DNA of 64,000 nt from Entomortierella parvispora E1425 (taxonomy: Eukaryota > Fungi > Mortierellomycota): contig BQFW01000007.1 of NCBI GenBank assembly GCA_020891255.1, positions 2,604,001 to 2,668,000 on the forward strand, read 5' to 3'. Made by a program: the position numbers and the translations under genes. The first letter of the stretch is position 1. Each line of letters starts with the position of its first letter. The notes under the pieces were generated by a model. That model was not told the origin of the DNA and did not search any database. It saw nothing but the letters and a program-made list of their open reading frames with translations. Shown one piece after another: positions 1 through 12,400 of this stretch.

Positions 1-638
1 GGTATATAAAAAAACAATAAATCCTGACTCCAAGTTGGGGCAGCAACCATCCGCGCGTGGCAGACACTTCAACAAAATGGGCACCAACAGCTTTGAGAAA
101 AACTTTCCGCAATTGGTTGCTTCCAGAAATCTCTAAGAGAGGACATGTAATGTCCAAGATGCTAGCGCAAGGCGCTTGACTCTTATCCACCCTTTCTGAA
201 GATTCAGTTCGCAGCTCTACTTCTCTGAAAAACTAGATGGAAAACACCGCTGTGAGAGATGACTGGCCGCGGGGCTCCTACTGGTAGCTTCAGAGGTCTT
301 TGACAGGGAACAGACAATAGCATTGCCCATGATTCGTTTTTCTTGGCACAGTAGATTGCATTCCATTTGATAACGAGCAGCACACAGAACCTCAAGCCTG
401 CCATTATTTGAAAGAGTATGACAGGGGGGCATTCACCTTTACACCCTTCTTCGAGTCTGGAGGACTCATCGAGGTAAAGATATTCATCTCGAGCAACCGT
501 CACCTGACACCGTGAGAGAGATTTTTTTTTTTTTTTTTTTTTTTTACTCGAAAAAGTGCTATGTACAGATGTCTGAAGTCTGAAGGGATGATAGTATCCT
601 TCAGTTATTGTGTGAAGCGTTGCCGCCTTTTTGCTGGT

Positions 639-812
639 TTACAGGACAGTATGACGAACATGGTGGCGGATCATGGGATCGGTTCTGAGCTTGTGGAACG
701 CTGTGAAGAGACCGAAACTGATGCCGACGGAGACACAGGTGAGGAGTGGCACGACATCGGTTGGAGGCTTCATGCCTCTCGAGGCCTGCTGGAGAAGACG
801 AGCAGTATGCAT
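639..812 (-). CDS. Small single-TM B12D / NDUFA4 (MLRQ)-like mitochondrial protein, 57 aa
   Basis: ATG at 812 gives MHTARLLQQASRGMKPPTDVVPLLTCVSVGISFGLFTAFHKLRTDPMIRHHVRHTVL*. The P-x-[DE]V-x-PL / one TM helix / HKL-x-xDP-x-x-R pattern fits the B12D/NDUFA4 family as I recall it. Confidence 0.6.
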   Translation of the reverse strand: MHTARLLQQASRGMKPPTDVVPLLTCVSVGISFGLFTAFHKLRTDPMIRHHVRHTVL

Positions 813-1367
813 GTTGACGGGGTGTGTGGTTGATAAAGTAAAAGGTTCTTTTTGGATGTGAGAGAGAATCCGAAGAGGTTTGCGTGAAGTGTGTGAAGAA
901 AGCGAAGAAAAAAAAGTAAAAGACCTATTTATTATGGAAATCACGGGAAGAGTTGAGTGGGGTGGCTCGAATCGCGCCATTGGCTTGGATATGGAACAGA
1001 GTCGCGCTCTGTCAATGGCTGCCGTTGCATGTCTGGAGAGTCCCTGTCACCAGCACACACACAGGTCATGATCCAGGCTTGATTTTTAGTACTTGTATAT
1101 ACAACAAAAGGTCCAATGAAAAAATATGACGTTGGAATAACATAGGCATGGCAAAGGGATGCACCAACGTAGGAAGGGAAGGCAGAGGGGCTAGAGGAGG
1201 AAGGAACTTTGTACTGACAAGATGGGCAGCAAAGCTGTAGTCCACGCGCGTGTCCGTGCGACCGATCTTGTTCCGATGTGCACTGCCCTCTTTTTGCTTG
1301 TCTCTGGTTCACTGATTCACACTGCCATCTTTTACATCCCATTCATCCCATTCATTAGAGAACAGAC

Positions 1368-3248
1368 ATGGCTCCCATTGCATCCATCGAGTCTATCCTC
1401 GATATCGCTCCCATTCGCCATCGCATCAGCGTCCACCTTCGCCAACACGATCATGCCCAAGCCGTACGCGTCAACCGATCCTGGAACCGGGCTCTTCTTC
1501 CCCACCTTTGGTCGCTATTGAAAGGTTTCCATCTTCACTCGTTTCAGTCCCCAGAGATCCGAGCTGCCCTCTTGAGAAATGGATGCCACATCCGCGTCCT
1601 TCGTACCAACACACACGAGTTCTTGACCTACCTCGGACCTGCCTGCACCAATTTAGTCACATTTGACTTTTCAGGGTCCTTTCCACTTGAAGCACGCGAG
1701 GACCGGTCTGCCAGCGACTTGCCCTTATGGTCCCAGGTGGAAGGTCAGGCACAGGAGTACTCTCAAGGACATGGACATGGACATGGGCATGAAGAACAAG
1801 GAGAACAGGGAGGACAAGGACAGGATCCATCATCTATTTCAATTCCTTACCATGAGCGAGCCCTCGAGCTGATGGGCCGCTTCCTACTTCAGAACCAAAA
1901 CTTGACCACGCTCAGCTTTCGACGCTGTGTCGATTCAAGGCGGTACCTGGACCGACTTTTAACAGACTATCGGATCCTGGAACAACTACCAAGGCTCAAG
2001 GACCTGACCCTGACCTCCAAAAGTTTGCATTCCTCAGCTTTGTCGGTTTTATTGAGGCACGGTCAAAGGTTGGAGAGGCTCGCTCTCAAGATTCGACAAA
2101 TTGAATGGCAAATTCGTTACAGTAATCAAGAAATGGCCGCCGTCTTGAAAGAACCCTCAGTGGCGGGAAAGACTTGGAATCTCAGGGAACTGCAGTTTGG
2201 ACCCATCGAAGGCTTTGATGTCAGCATCTTGGTCGAGGCCGCAGGATCATCTTTGGTATCGCTGGGATTAGAGCGTCTATCCCTCTATGAGGCTCAAGGA
2301 TTGTCAAAGGTCGTTCGAGAACATTGTCCCAACTTGAAGCATCTTGTGATCAGGACAGACAATAAGATTGACAAGAACGGATTGTCCCTTCTTTTGGATG
2401 CCGCAGCAGGAGCAACAGCGCCCCCACAATCATCGCAGAAGGCAACAAAGGGAGGCAACATCAACACAACCCTTGTGACACCATCACATTCCAAACGGGA
2501 TCGAGTAGGTCTGACAGACTTCCAAGGGCACGCTCTGGTCCTACCTGATTTTTTAATTCCACGACTGTTTGCGAAGCATTATGGGTGTATCGAGTTTTTG
2601 GATCTATCTCGATCTCGGGGGATCAGGAGTGAGAATATTCAACGGATTCTGTGCCAGTGTCCAAATTTACGTGTCTTGGATATGGCCAGTGAACATTTGA
2701 CGTTGGAAACCAAGGATATCCTATGCGGGCCGCGATGGGCATGTGAACGGCTGGAGATCTTGCAGGTGGAGATTGCTTGTAGCCCTCCTCCATACGACGA
2801 CCTACCCCCTTTGCCACGTTTGATTGCGGCAGAAGATACATTAGAACTGGAGGGTTCAACTCACTCCACCACTGCGTTGGATCGCTCATGGAACTCGGTT
2901 GAGGTACAGAGACAAGTCTTGGTTCAAATCGGATCCTTTACAAGGATGCAAGAGCTGATGATTGGAGGTTCGCATGGTCGATCCCTGGATCTGACTCTGG
3001 GGGAAGGAGGTGGAGGTCTAGAGCTACTATCAGGACTGAAAAGGATGCGGAATATGAATGTCAAAAAGATGGGACACAAAGCCGGACAACAGGAGCTCGA
3101 GTGGATGATCAGGCAATGGCCTATGGTGCGCTTGCTCATGTTCCAGGGTTACAATCCAGATATGATTGATTTTGACAGACTCGCAGAGCTGAAAATTGCA
3201 GGACGAAAGGGAAAGACGGCCACTCAGGCACGAGCGACCCCTCAGTGA
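1368..3248 (+). CDS. F-box-like + degenerate LRR protein (family A, paralog 1), 626 aa
   Basis: Single open ORF. N-terminal F-box-like segment (SILDIAPIRHRISVHLRQHD..AVRVNRSW..LLPHLW), LxxLxL repeats, and C-terminal motif LxLGEGG..GLELLSGLKRMRNMNV..MGH..G..ELEWMIRQWP. Collinear with 4924..6744. Confidence 0.85.
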   Translation: MAPIASIESILDIAPIRHRISVHLRQHDHAQAVRVNRSWNRALLPHLWSLLKGFHLHSFQSPEIRAALLRNGCHIRVLRTNTHEFLTYLGPACTNLVTFDFSGSFPLEAREDRSASDLPLWSQVEGQAQEYSQGHGHGHGHEEQGEQGGQGQDPSSISIPYHERALELMGRFLLQNQNLTTLSFRRCVDSRRYLDRLLTDYRILEQLPRLKDLTLTSKSLHSSALSVLLRHGQRLERLALKIRQIEWQIRYSNQEMAAVLKEPSVAGKTWNLRELQFGPIEGFDVSILVEAAGSSLVSLGLERLSLYEAQGLSKVVREHCPNLKHLVIRTDNKIDKNGLSLLLDAAAGATAPPQSSQKATKGGNINTTLVTPSHSKRDRVGLTDFQGHALVLPDFLIPRLFAKHYGCIEFLDLSRSRGIRSENIQRILCQCPNLRVLDMASEHLTLETKDILCGPRWACERLEILQVEIACSPPPYDDLPPLPRLIAAEDTLELEGSTHSTTALDRSWNSVEVQRQVLVQIGSFTRMQELMIGGSHGRSLDLTLGEGGGGLELLSGLKRMRNMNVKKMGHKAGQQELEWMIRQWPMVRLLMFQGYNPDMIDFDRLAELKIAGRKGKTATQARATPQ

Positions 3249-5010
3249 CCAGGATCTCTCTCATAGTCATCCAGCCTAATCCTGGGACAATACATGTCCA
3301 CTATCTTGGCCAGGATGGGCCACTGGTTCACAGAAACGAACATCCCAAAAAAAAAAAAAAAAAAAAAAAAAGGCGCACAGACAGGTTGGACCCTTTTAAA
3401 ATCAAATTCAAAAGTCGAGTGGCTTGTATTCTGGTGGCGAGTGGCCAAAACGACCGCGTGCCGTTGTTCCTCCTCTTTCGCCTTGCCACGGACCCGGTCG
3501 GCAAGTATCGAGGTAAGTATAAGTGGCTCTCGTCGAGAGGCTGGTACTGTGCGCAATCATCATTGAACGGGTATGCGGCGGGGAAGGACCGGCCATTTAA
3601 GTGACGTTCCAAGTGCAGAACGAGAGCATTATCCCCTAAATGTCTCTCTGGCATGCGGAAAAGAGACCAATGGTCGCGTCGGGTCTTGGGAGTTGCAGGT
3701 GATGTTCCTCTCCTGATTCCGTGTGAACGCTGTTTACATTTTCCTGTTGTCATGACTCTGGACATGGAATGAGGGTCTCCAATTGAATTTCTCTTGGCTT
3801 TTATTCTTCAAAGGCCAGCGAAAGGAGGAGTTGAGGTCAATGAGACTAGTACCGCTTGAGGGAAAAGTTGATTTCAACGCGTTGCATCAATCAGCAACCC
3901 GTCATTGAGGTTTCCTCTCGAAGGTGATGGGGGGTATTCAAAACCTTTGGTCGGCGGCAGACGCCTATGCCACATTTCCCCTTCTCCCACTGGCTTGTGA
4001 CTACGCTGCGAGACGTTCGGGGATAGCAAGTCGGGTGGGGATATGTCTGGCTGTGTTGTGATTCAAGTATCTTCTGATTTTACGGAGTTCTGCCGGCTTT
4101 CGTTTGAAGTCTTTTCGGTCGTCGTCTCGGAGCATTTAGGGTCTGTTATCCTTGACGCGTCGTTGGATGAGAAGGAAGGTAGTTCCCACCGGCTATGAGG
4201 GCAAAGTCTTGCATTGAAAAGCCCGTGCAGCTGGTGCGTTTTCTTTTACTTGCCTTTTTTGCGAGTAGCGAACAGTGCCTTTGTCGATAGTGCGTTATTT
4301 GACGGAGATGCTTGGAGAGATCAAGGTGTTCGAGTCGTGTTTCTGCAGATGATGAAGCGGGAGCGTGGCTCTTACATGTCTGGGCGGTATGTTTTCTTGC
4401 GCTGCCAATCAACACACCCCATAGTCAGGCACTATCACTCGCGTGGGGTTCTCAAAATACAACCTGAATCTGAATCTATTGTTTGTCTCTGACAATTACA
4501 GGTCTTTCATTGACATTAAAAGTCATGACTGACAAAACCCATGTCAATTTATTGACATGCCAATATTATTGGGGTGCGATGGCCTGCCGCCTGCTCGTTG
4601 GCGCGCCCTGCACAGCTTGGCCCTTTTCTTTCGAGAAGAGGGACAGTTGACTGAGAGCAGGCCAAAAGATTCATAGCCTTTCTTATTTTTTTTTTTTTTT
4701 TTTTTTGATCTTGAACAGTGAATAAAAAAAGTTTCAAAATATACTTGTACCAAACTGACTTCCAGCCAACATTTTTGGGCAGACGCCTCATGAAGGCTCG
4801 GAAGATGGCCGCAGTGGAATTCTGGTCAAGTTTTTATCCGAGCTTCCAACAACCTCAGCATGCTCTTTGTCTTTTCTTTCCTTCTTTGGAATGCACCTTT
4901 GACGGTTGCACTCTAAAGTCGTTTTATTGACCTTCTAAAAGAAAGGGCTTGACCAGAGGCCAATGTTCCGTGATCCACTCTAATTCCTCGGATCCAATCT
5001 TGTAGCCCAT
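2930..5010. repeat. Left (source) copy of a ~2.1 kb inverted duplication: 3' ends of both F-box paralogs plus their 1.7 kb intergenic region
   Basis: Reverse complement matches ~44728-46798. Sample 3246-3346 shows 4 mismatches in ~100 bp. The ORF track gives near-identical translations for 4146..4415(-) and 45306..45575(+), and for 3328..3765(-) and 45956..46453(+). Confidence 0.97.
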
Positions 5011-6744
5011 CTTTTTGATGTTAAAGTTTCGCATCTTCTTCAATCCTACAAGCAGCTCCAGTCCACCTTCGCCCAAGGACAGTTGCAAGGAACGGCCTTG
5101 AGTCCCTCCAACCATCAACTCATTCAAGCGGGTGAAGGTCCCGATCTGGGCAAGGACATAGCGTTGAATCTCCATCTCTGTCCAAGGTCTGGAAGCAGCC
5201 ACCATATCCTGGATAGCACGGTTGTGATCTGCATCCAAAGGAGGAGGGGGAAGCTTCAAATCGTCATAAGGAGGAGGACTCGAAACAATCGTAATCCGGA
5301 AGACTTCGATTCTGTGGCAAACCCAGCGAGGACCCAGAACGATGTCCTTGGTTTCCAGCGTCAAATGATCACTCGTCAAATCCAAGACTCGAAGGTTCGG
5401 AGTATGGCAGAGGATGAGTTGGACGGTATCACTCCGAACACCCCGAGAACGCGACAGGTCCAGAAAATCCAAAGTTGCATAGTGCTTGCTGAGCATCCGA
5501 TGGACCAAAAAGTCGGGAATGTCAAGTGCGTGCCCCTGGAAGCGAGTCAGTCCGCCCGTCCGAGGTGTCACTGTGCTAGGGGTTGGATCCGCGGGCTCTT
5601 GGAGTTGAGCCTTCTTGCATGTGGGTGTAAGCGAGAGTGTAGGCACCGCTGCCGCATCCAGTAAGAGAGTGAGTCCATTCTTGTCAATCTTGTTATCCGT
5701 CATCACCATTAGCTTCTCCAGCCGTGGACAGAAATCGCGCACAATCTTTGAAAGTCCCTGAGCCTCAAACAGCGAGAGCCTCTCCAGACGAAGGGATTCT
5801 AGCGATGGTCCTGCGGTCTTGACAATCAAGCCCAAATCGATCCCGACCATTGTTCCAAAATAAAGCTCCTTGAGTTTCCAGGGTTGTTGCGCACTTGAGG
5901 CTTGGAGGATTAACCCCAGTTCGTGGTTTCCATGGCCGATTTGCCATTCAATCTGCCGGACTTTGAGAACTAACCTCTCCAGTTTATGACCGTGCTGTAA
6001 TACCTTGACCAACGCAGAAGAGTTCAAGGTCTTGGAGGTCAAGGTCAAATCCTTTAGGTGTGGAAGCCGTTCTAGGATTTGATAGTCGGTTAAAAGGCGA
6101 TCCAAATAGCGCCTCATGCTGACCCAACGCCGGAAACTGAGGATGGAGATGTTTTCATTTTGGTGGAGAAATCCTTGCATAATAGTCAAATGTTGGAGCA
6201 GTTGCTGTGGCCTAGGCAAGTGTTGTTGTTGTTGTTGTCCTGCCCTTGCTCCACTTTGGATTTCCATAGCAGTGGTCGTGGCACTGGAAACAGTGGAAGT
6301 TGCAGTCGAGGGATCTGTTGCCATGTCGTTGTTCCCTCCAGAATCAGGCAGCTCCGACCGACTTTCTTGCAGCTGACGTTGGAATTGGTCCGCTGTCAAG
6401 TCTTCCACGTAGCCGTCTTCGCGTCCTTCCAACGGAAACGATCCCGAAAAGTCAAAGGTAGTTAGATCCTGACAAGACGATCCAAGGTAGGTTAGGAACT
6501 CGTGCGAACTAGTTTTGAGGGTCCGAATCAAGGGTCCGTTCTTGATCAAGGCCGCGCGCGCTTCGGGGCTCTTGAAGTAGCGGATGTTGAATCCTTTGAG
6601 GAGGCTCCAGAGGTGGGGGGTCAGCACACGGTACCAGGTTTGACTGACAAGGACACATTGTGCAAGGTCATGTTGACGGAGGAGAGCAGTGATGCGATGA
6701 CCAATTTGGGGATTGTCGAGGATGGAATCAATGGAAGGAGCCAT
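4924..6744 (-). CDS. F-box-like + degenerate LRR protein (family A, paralog 2), 606 aa
   Basis: Open ORF collinear with 1368..3248 (e.g. RRYLDRLLTDY.ILE.LP.LKDLTLTSK; TDNKIDKNGL; SPPPYDDL). Convergent with paralog 1 and ends about 30 aa earlier. Confidence 0.85.
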   Translation of the reverse strand: MAPSIDSILDNPQIGHRITALLRQHDLAQCVLVSQTWYRVLTPHLWSLLKGFNIRYFKSPEARAALIKNGPLIRTLKTSSHEFLTYLGSSCQDLTTFDFSGSFPLEGREDGYVEDLTADQFQRQLQESRSELPDSGGNNDMATDPSTATSTVSSATTTAMEIQSGARAGQQQQQHLPRPQQLLQHLTIMQGFLHQNENISILSFRRWVSMRRYLDRLLTDYQILERLPHLKDLTLTSKTLNSSALVKVLQHGHKLERLVLKVRQIEWQIGHGNHELGLILQASSAQQPWKLKELYFGTMVGIDLGLIVKTAGPSLESLRLERLSLFEAQGLSKIVRDFCPRLEKLMVMTDNKIDKNGLTLLLDAAAVPTLSLTPTCKKAQLQEPADPTPSTVTPRTGGLTRFQGHALDIPDFLVHRMLSKHYATLDFLDLSRSRGVRSDTVQLILCHTPNLRVLDLTSDHLTLETKDIVLGPRWVCHRIEVFRITIVSSPPPYDDLKLPPPPLDADHNRAIQDMVAASRPWTEMEIQRYVLAQIGTFTRLNELMVGGTQGRSLQLSLGEGGLELLVGLKKMRNFNIKKMGYKIGSEELEWITEHWPLVKPFLLEGQ

Positions 6745-7274
6745 GTCTTGATGAGCGAGCTAGGAAAGAAGAAATGAAAGTTTTGAAGGAAGAGAATGAA
6801 AAAAGATGCAACAGAGATGGAGCAACACTGCATGGCTTTATGGAGACACGCTTGTTCTGCTGGGCCACCGAGAAGGAACAGAGAGGAAGGATGGAAGAAA
6901 GAACGCGGTCATGACCCGCGTCACTGCCAGTGGGCATGGGCCTGCCGCAGCGTCGCGTTGGAGATGCGGCGTGACAAGAAGGAGTGCGGCACGTCCTTTT
7001 GACCACGCGCAGACTGAAAACGCGTTTTCCTCACATGTCGTTGGTAGTTTGCTCCTTCACTCGTATCTCAATGGTGGGTCCATCTCCCCACTCCCATGGA
7101 AGGCAAAAACAGTTGGGATATCGTGTTGTTTACTTTACTTCTTGGAGACACATTTACGTGGAATATCAAGAAGAAAGAATGCGCTATTTCAAAGAACCTC
7201 ACTGACATGCAGACAGTGGGCAAAACAGTTTGGTGGCGATCGATGTCTAACCTTCTTGACTCTTCAGAATCCGC

Positions 7275-8595
7275 TCATTGCTCAGAGCCAGCCGCTGTCG
7301 GGTCCACCAACGTCGAGTTCTCACGCTCATCTGAGCGCTTCTTGGCCCCGTTCTTCAACCACAGTCTCGAAGGTGTGATCTGGCCCACAACCCCGACGGC
7401 GACCATTCCCATCGACAGTGCAAACGCCCACTGGTAGCCATCAAAGTTCTTGCTCATCCAGCTGGTCAACACTCCTAGCCATAATGTCGACCACAACAAC
7501 GTAATCGAGGTGTATCCAACCACCCGATGAATCCTTGTCGCCCTTGCTTTTCCCATACGGCCATAGATCACGTTTGGAGCATAGCCCACCACAAAGCCAT
7601 ACAGGAGCTGAGCAAAGAACAACACCAGGGTCAACCCTCCAGCGTACGCATGGTTGGTGTGGAAATGCTCCTTGCCCAGCAACTCTTTGTTGTTCCAGAT
7701 TGCTCGAAAGCCAAAAATCGAGGCGACGAACGCAATCGTCAACAGGATAAAGTGCAGCGTCTTGCCACCTTCCTTCACCTGACCCGTCAAGTTGGGCTGT
7801 AACAGCAAGATGCCTATTATTCAGGAGCGGAGCAAAAGTGGAAAATAAAAAAACCGAGGTTCCTTTCAATTAGCAATCTTGATCTCTTGTTATTTTTGTT
7901 TTGAAGTAGACGAATTGGTGCCTCTGTCTGGAGAAAGTGACAAGAACAAAAAGAAGAGGAGAAACAAAGAAAGACCATTCATTACCTTGGGTCGAGACAA
8001 ACCCATAAAGTCCCATACAAATTGGATGCCACGAAAAGGGCGAGACCCAGGGGGCTTTGATGATGGCGGCCGTCAACAGTCCGAAAAAGATGAAAAGCCC
8101 CGATTGCGCCAAGTACGACAACATGACCTTGAGGGGTGTCCGGAGAGGCCGACGGTGTCTATGATGATGGTGTCTATGGGTGCCTGCAGGGTCAGAAGAA
8201 GCAAGTCCTTGTTCTTGGTCGGCAGGAGTGGCGGTATCGGAGGAAGAGGACGAGGAGGCGAAATAATTGGAAGGGAAAGAGAGTCCTCCTTGTTGTTTGG
8301 TATTTGTACTCCCTTCGGTGTCCGAGTCCGAAGAGGAAGCAGAGGAGGCAGAGGAGGAGAGAGAGCCCGACGAGGCACCTTTGGCGGCGGCTTTGTCCAA
8401 ACGACGAGAATCCTCGTCTTTGTTGTTCTTGCGATCGCCTGTCCTCGGTGACGAGGACCTAGATGTGCTATTGTAGTCGCGATCTTGTGCAGAGGAAGAG
8501 GCGGCAGATGGATCGCCCTCCTGCTGCTGACTCGTGAGAAGAAGGGGCCGGCCCTCATTTGCACTGTGCTTGTTGTCCTTGTTCGGTTGCGCCAT
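7275..8595 (-). CDS. Cytochrome b561-domain membrane protein with long disordered N-terminus
   Basis: Two exons, 8595-7986 and 7813-7275, joined by a GT..AG intron giving STQG-ILLLQ. Heme-ligand His motifs FSWHPICM, KTLHF, HFHTNHAYAG and IHRVVG in a TM helix bundle. Confidence 0.9.
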
Positions 8596-9491
8596 GGTGT
8601 TACCCAGTGGAAGAGACGGTGAGCCTTAGCGTTTGAGTTTCTTCTTTTTGCTTTTCTTTTGTCTTCCTGCGCAAGGAGATGACGCCTTTGGATGCTAGGA
8701 TGAAGAATAGGAGCACACAGACATCCGTTTCCGTCAATACGAGGGGCTGAAAAGAAAGAGAACAACACGACCAATACACAGGGGCACGTTGTCCGTCTCC
8801 TCATCTCGCCCATTCACATTCCTTTGCTTCCGCATTCAGCTGGTTCATTGGATTCAAGGCGAAACTGCAAACACGAGCCTGTGCCTTTACTCACAGGGGA
8901 TCAGATAAGGACATTTATACAAAAACAAGCAGGGAAAACACTCGGCTCAAGAGAGAAGGATGGGCTGCTGATTTCTTTTTCGAAAAGGGAAGAGGAGGTA
9001 TCGACTGTGGAAATGGTCATGGTCACTGATGCTGAAAAAGAGGAGAAAAGTGCCGGCGATCCGGGAACTAGGCAGCCCTGGTTGGGACGTTCCGAGACCT
9101 GTGACAAACAACCGCTTGCAGCTGTTGCAAGGAAGGACATGTGCAGATGTATCGTAAATAGGCAACTTACCCTTGGAGTGGAGAGTGTGTCGACTGAACG
9201 AGAGGAAGGAAAGGAAGGAAGAATGGACGGAGCATCAAAAAGTTGGCTTCGAGGTGCAAGAAAAAAAATCTGATAACCGCAAGAATCTGATAACAAAAAC
9301 GCGTTAAGGGGTGCCGCAGTCATTTCGGCGCTAGTGGGCCCGAGTACATTGGGTGTCGGCATCCTCATAAAAACACCGAACAAATCTATCCAAAACGTGA
9401 AAAAGATGCTATATTACGATGGTAGTGATGAAATGATGTGCTATGAAGGTCTGGAGAGTGAGACGACTGAACAGATACAGCAAGAAGCTGT

Positions 9492-12400
9492 CTAGCTTTG
9501 GCCGCTCAAGATGTGTTGCAGACGAGCCTTGGCCTGGGCTGACAGGTTGTCCTGTGGGAAAGTACCTAATGCAAGGCTCTTTCTCGACTGCTGTGATTGC
9601 TGTTGTTGGGTCGGTGACTGCTGCTGTTGCGTATGTTGTTGCTGATCCTGCTGGAGCTGCTGCTGCTGCTGCTGTTGTTGGCGAAGTATCTGTTGGTGCT
9701 GTTTATGGTCGTCCAAATAGGGGCCTTCTTCGCCAAAGCTCGCAACGCTGCTCAAACTCTGCTGCCTGGGAAACGTGGATGATCCAGTCGGGCCACGAGG
9801 TGAGAGTTGATATCTTGCATCCAGTCCGGAATTCACGCTTTGGTAACCATGGCTGGAAATAAGCGACGGGCCATCGACCCGAGACGAGGAAGACGGTGAA
9901 GAAGTGGGTGAAGGCATCGAAGGGGTCGTCATCATCATGTCGGAGTGGCTCAATTGTTGCTGTTGTTGGCGCAGTTGTTGCTCCTGGTGCCGTAATTGTA
10001 CCTCAGAAATACCCTGCAAGTGTTGCTGTCGAGGAAAGGATAAAACCCTCCTCCTTGAACGCCCTTGGTCGGAATGTCGATCGTCTGTGTAAGCCTCACT
10101 TTCGCCACCATCAGAGTAGATGCTTTGGGAATCTAGTGGACAGTCTGAATATGGCTGCTGGCTCCGTCGTTGTTGTGGTTGTTGTTGTTGCTGCTGCTGC
10201 TCTTCCCCCTGTCGTCCTCTGGATTGCTGTCGCAGCGTGGAATAGGCGCTGGCTCTGCTTCTAGGAGGCAGCTGGTCTACGCTCATACTTCCCCAGCCAC
10301 TACTTTCATCCTCCGAGAACACTCCATCTTGAGCATATCGGCCTGGTCTTTGAACCACATGACCCTGTCGAAACTGTGTTCCAGGCAAAGGTGAGAGCGC
10401 AAAGCTGTGGTGCTCTTGCTGTGACAGTGGTCGCCGCAGGCTTCCTCCCAAAGCAATGTGATGTCCCAGGGAGGTAAACGTGTTGGATGAGATTGAAGGT
10501 CGAATTCGAGTGCCATGCGGATGGTAAATGCCATTTTCCTGATTCTCGGACTGTCCAGACTCGGATCCTTGTCGCCCTTGATCAGACAACCCGTGGGACT
10601 GTTGCTCAAAATGCGAAAGTGAATCGTGTCCCTGGTTGATTCCTAGGCCAAGCGAGTGCTGTGTGGGCGTGTTGTCCTGCCCTCCAGCTGGACCCAACTC
10701 TGGTGATTTTGGACCGGTTTGTGAATACCGCATCATGATATTGCGGACACTGGCCTGTCGTCGAGTGAGGCTGGCGGGAGACTCGGAAGATTGAATCCCT
10801 GGAGATCTGGCGCGGTCAGGCAGTGGTGAAATCGAGGCACGTGGAGTAGAGAGCAATGACGACCGAGACTGCTGCAGAGATGGGAGGTGGATCTGACGAC
10901 GAGAACTGAATCCAGACCCTTGTTCCTGTTGCAGGGAAGGTTCGGGGGTACGTTGTGAGCCCGATGATCCTAGGCGCTCCAGACCATAGCTGCCTGCATC
11001 GCCATTGCGAGCGACACCCTTGGCACGAAGATCAACATTATTGGCCGCTGGGTCGGCTCTGCTCAAGTATCCTGAGGAAGACATAGTGGACGGGGTAGTG
11101 GAACTCATGGATTCATAGCTACGCACAGCGGCTGCCGAAAGAGGGCGGGTTGGATAGGGTGGCATAGCTCCAAGCTCATGGCCAGCCATGGCGAGGGAAA
11201 ATCCCTGTCCCTCTCCATGTCCTTGTCCTAGCCGATGAAAGGTTAAATGTCGGGGTGATTCTGGTCGAGACATGGCCATGCCGCCTGTCGTGGCATCTGG
11301 CTGTGCCGGACTCTTATCCACAGAGTGTTGGGGTGTTGCCAGAGCCAGTAATGACTCTGTCAAGCTCCTAATCTGTTCATCGCTGGCTCTCTTTAGGGCA
11401 TTCATTGACGAAGAGTCGACAAGGGTCACGTCTGCCTTGATCCAAGTCCTGATAGTTTGATTCATACTCAAGGCGTTGGATACTGCCTTGGACATGGATG
11501 CTACTGCTGCATTGTTGCCGTAAATAGATGATGCCGCCTTTTCGAAGGTTCTGAAAGCGTCCTTAAGAAGAGTGATGTGCTGTGGTATAGAATTAGACTG
11601 TCCAGCTCCTGCTGCACCATGATGAACAGGGCTAGCAATCGCTGCGGGAGGGTCCAGCCTCATTCCTGATCTTAGTGAGCCTACAGTATCCGTGCTCCTG
11701 TTGGCCAGTGTGGATGACGAGATTGGGTTGGGGGACCTTTGGTTCGAGGAGGATTCTGTAGGTGTACGGTGCTTTTGCAACAGGTGTTGCAACTTTTCTG
11801 AGTGGTTTGCAGCCTGCTGCTCCTCCTGAACTGTACACTGCTGCTGTGGGTAGTTCTGCGGTGTCATTGTCTGTGGGCTCTGCACCGTGATGCCTGAAAG
11901 AGACCGGTTCATACGTTCCATCTCCAGCTCCTGCACTCGGGCTTTAAGAGCCTTGATCTCGCTGGCAATTAACGCGCCTCCCTCTGATGCATATCGGTGC
12001 CTGTCCGTGAATGAATTCTGAGCCGGTGGATCCTGATCGTCGTCTGAAGTGACCAGCTGCTGCTGTTGTTGCTGTTGCTGTTGTTGGTTTTGGCTCTTGA
12101 AAGAGCCAGAAGTTCGCTTGCGCACAGGAGGATATTGATGTGCAGTGGTCGAGTGGTTTTGCTCTGGCTGTTGAAGCTTTGAGCTTATGCGAGGGATCGT
12201 TGACCGGTCAGGGCCTGAACCGAGTGACTTTTTTTTGAACCTGTTGCTTGTCGAAGTATCCTGCGGAGTGGTTGCTGAACGGCTGGGAGAAGCATTAGGA
12301 TTCTGTGCAAAGGTGGTTGGTCCAACACGCTTGGATATTGAAGGGATGTTTTGGCTTGCCGTGGTGGTGTAGTGGCCACTGTTGCTGGTGTTATTATTGT

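Noticed and set aside
204-570. Possible exon at 204-503 after an intron-like poly(A)-containing stretch (~504-568, minus strand)
   Set aside because: It lies downstream of the B12D-like stop, and I could not build a convincing spliced frame or recognise a family. It may be UTR.
3242-4930. Short ORFs in the duplicated intergenic region (e.g. 145 aa at 3328-3765, 89 aa at 4146-4415)
   Set aside because: No recognisable domains, they run through poly-A tracts, and a 10-bp indel between the copies changes the frame. Their similarity reflects the DNA duplication only.
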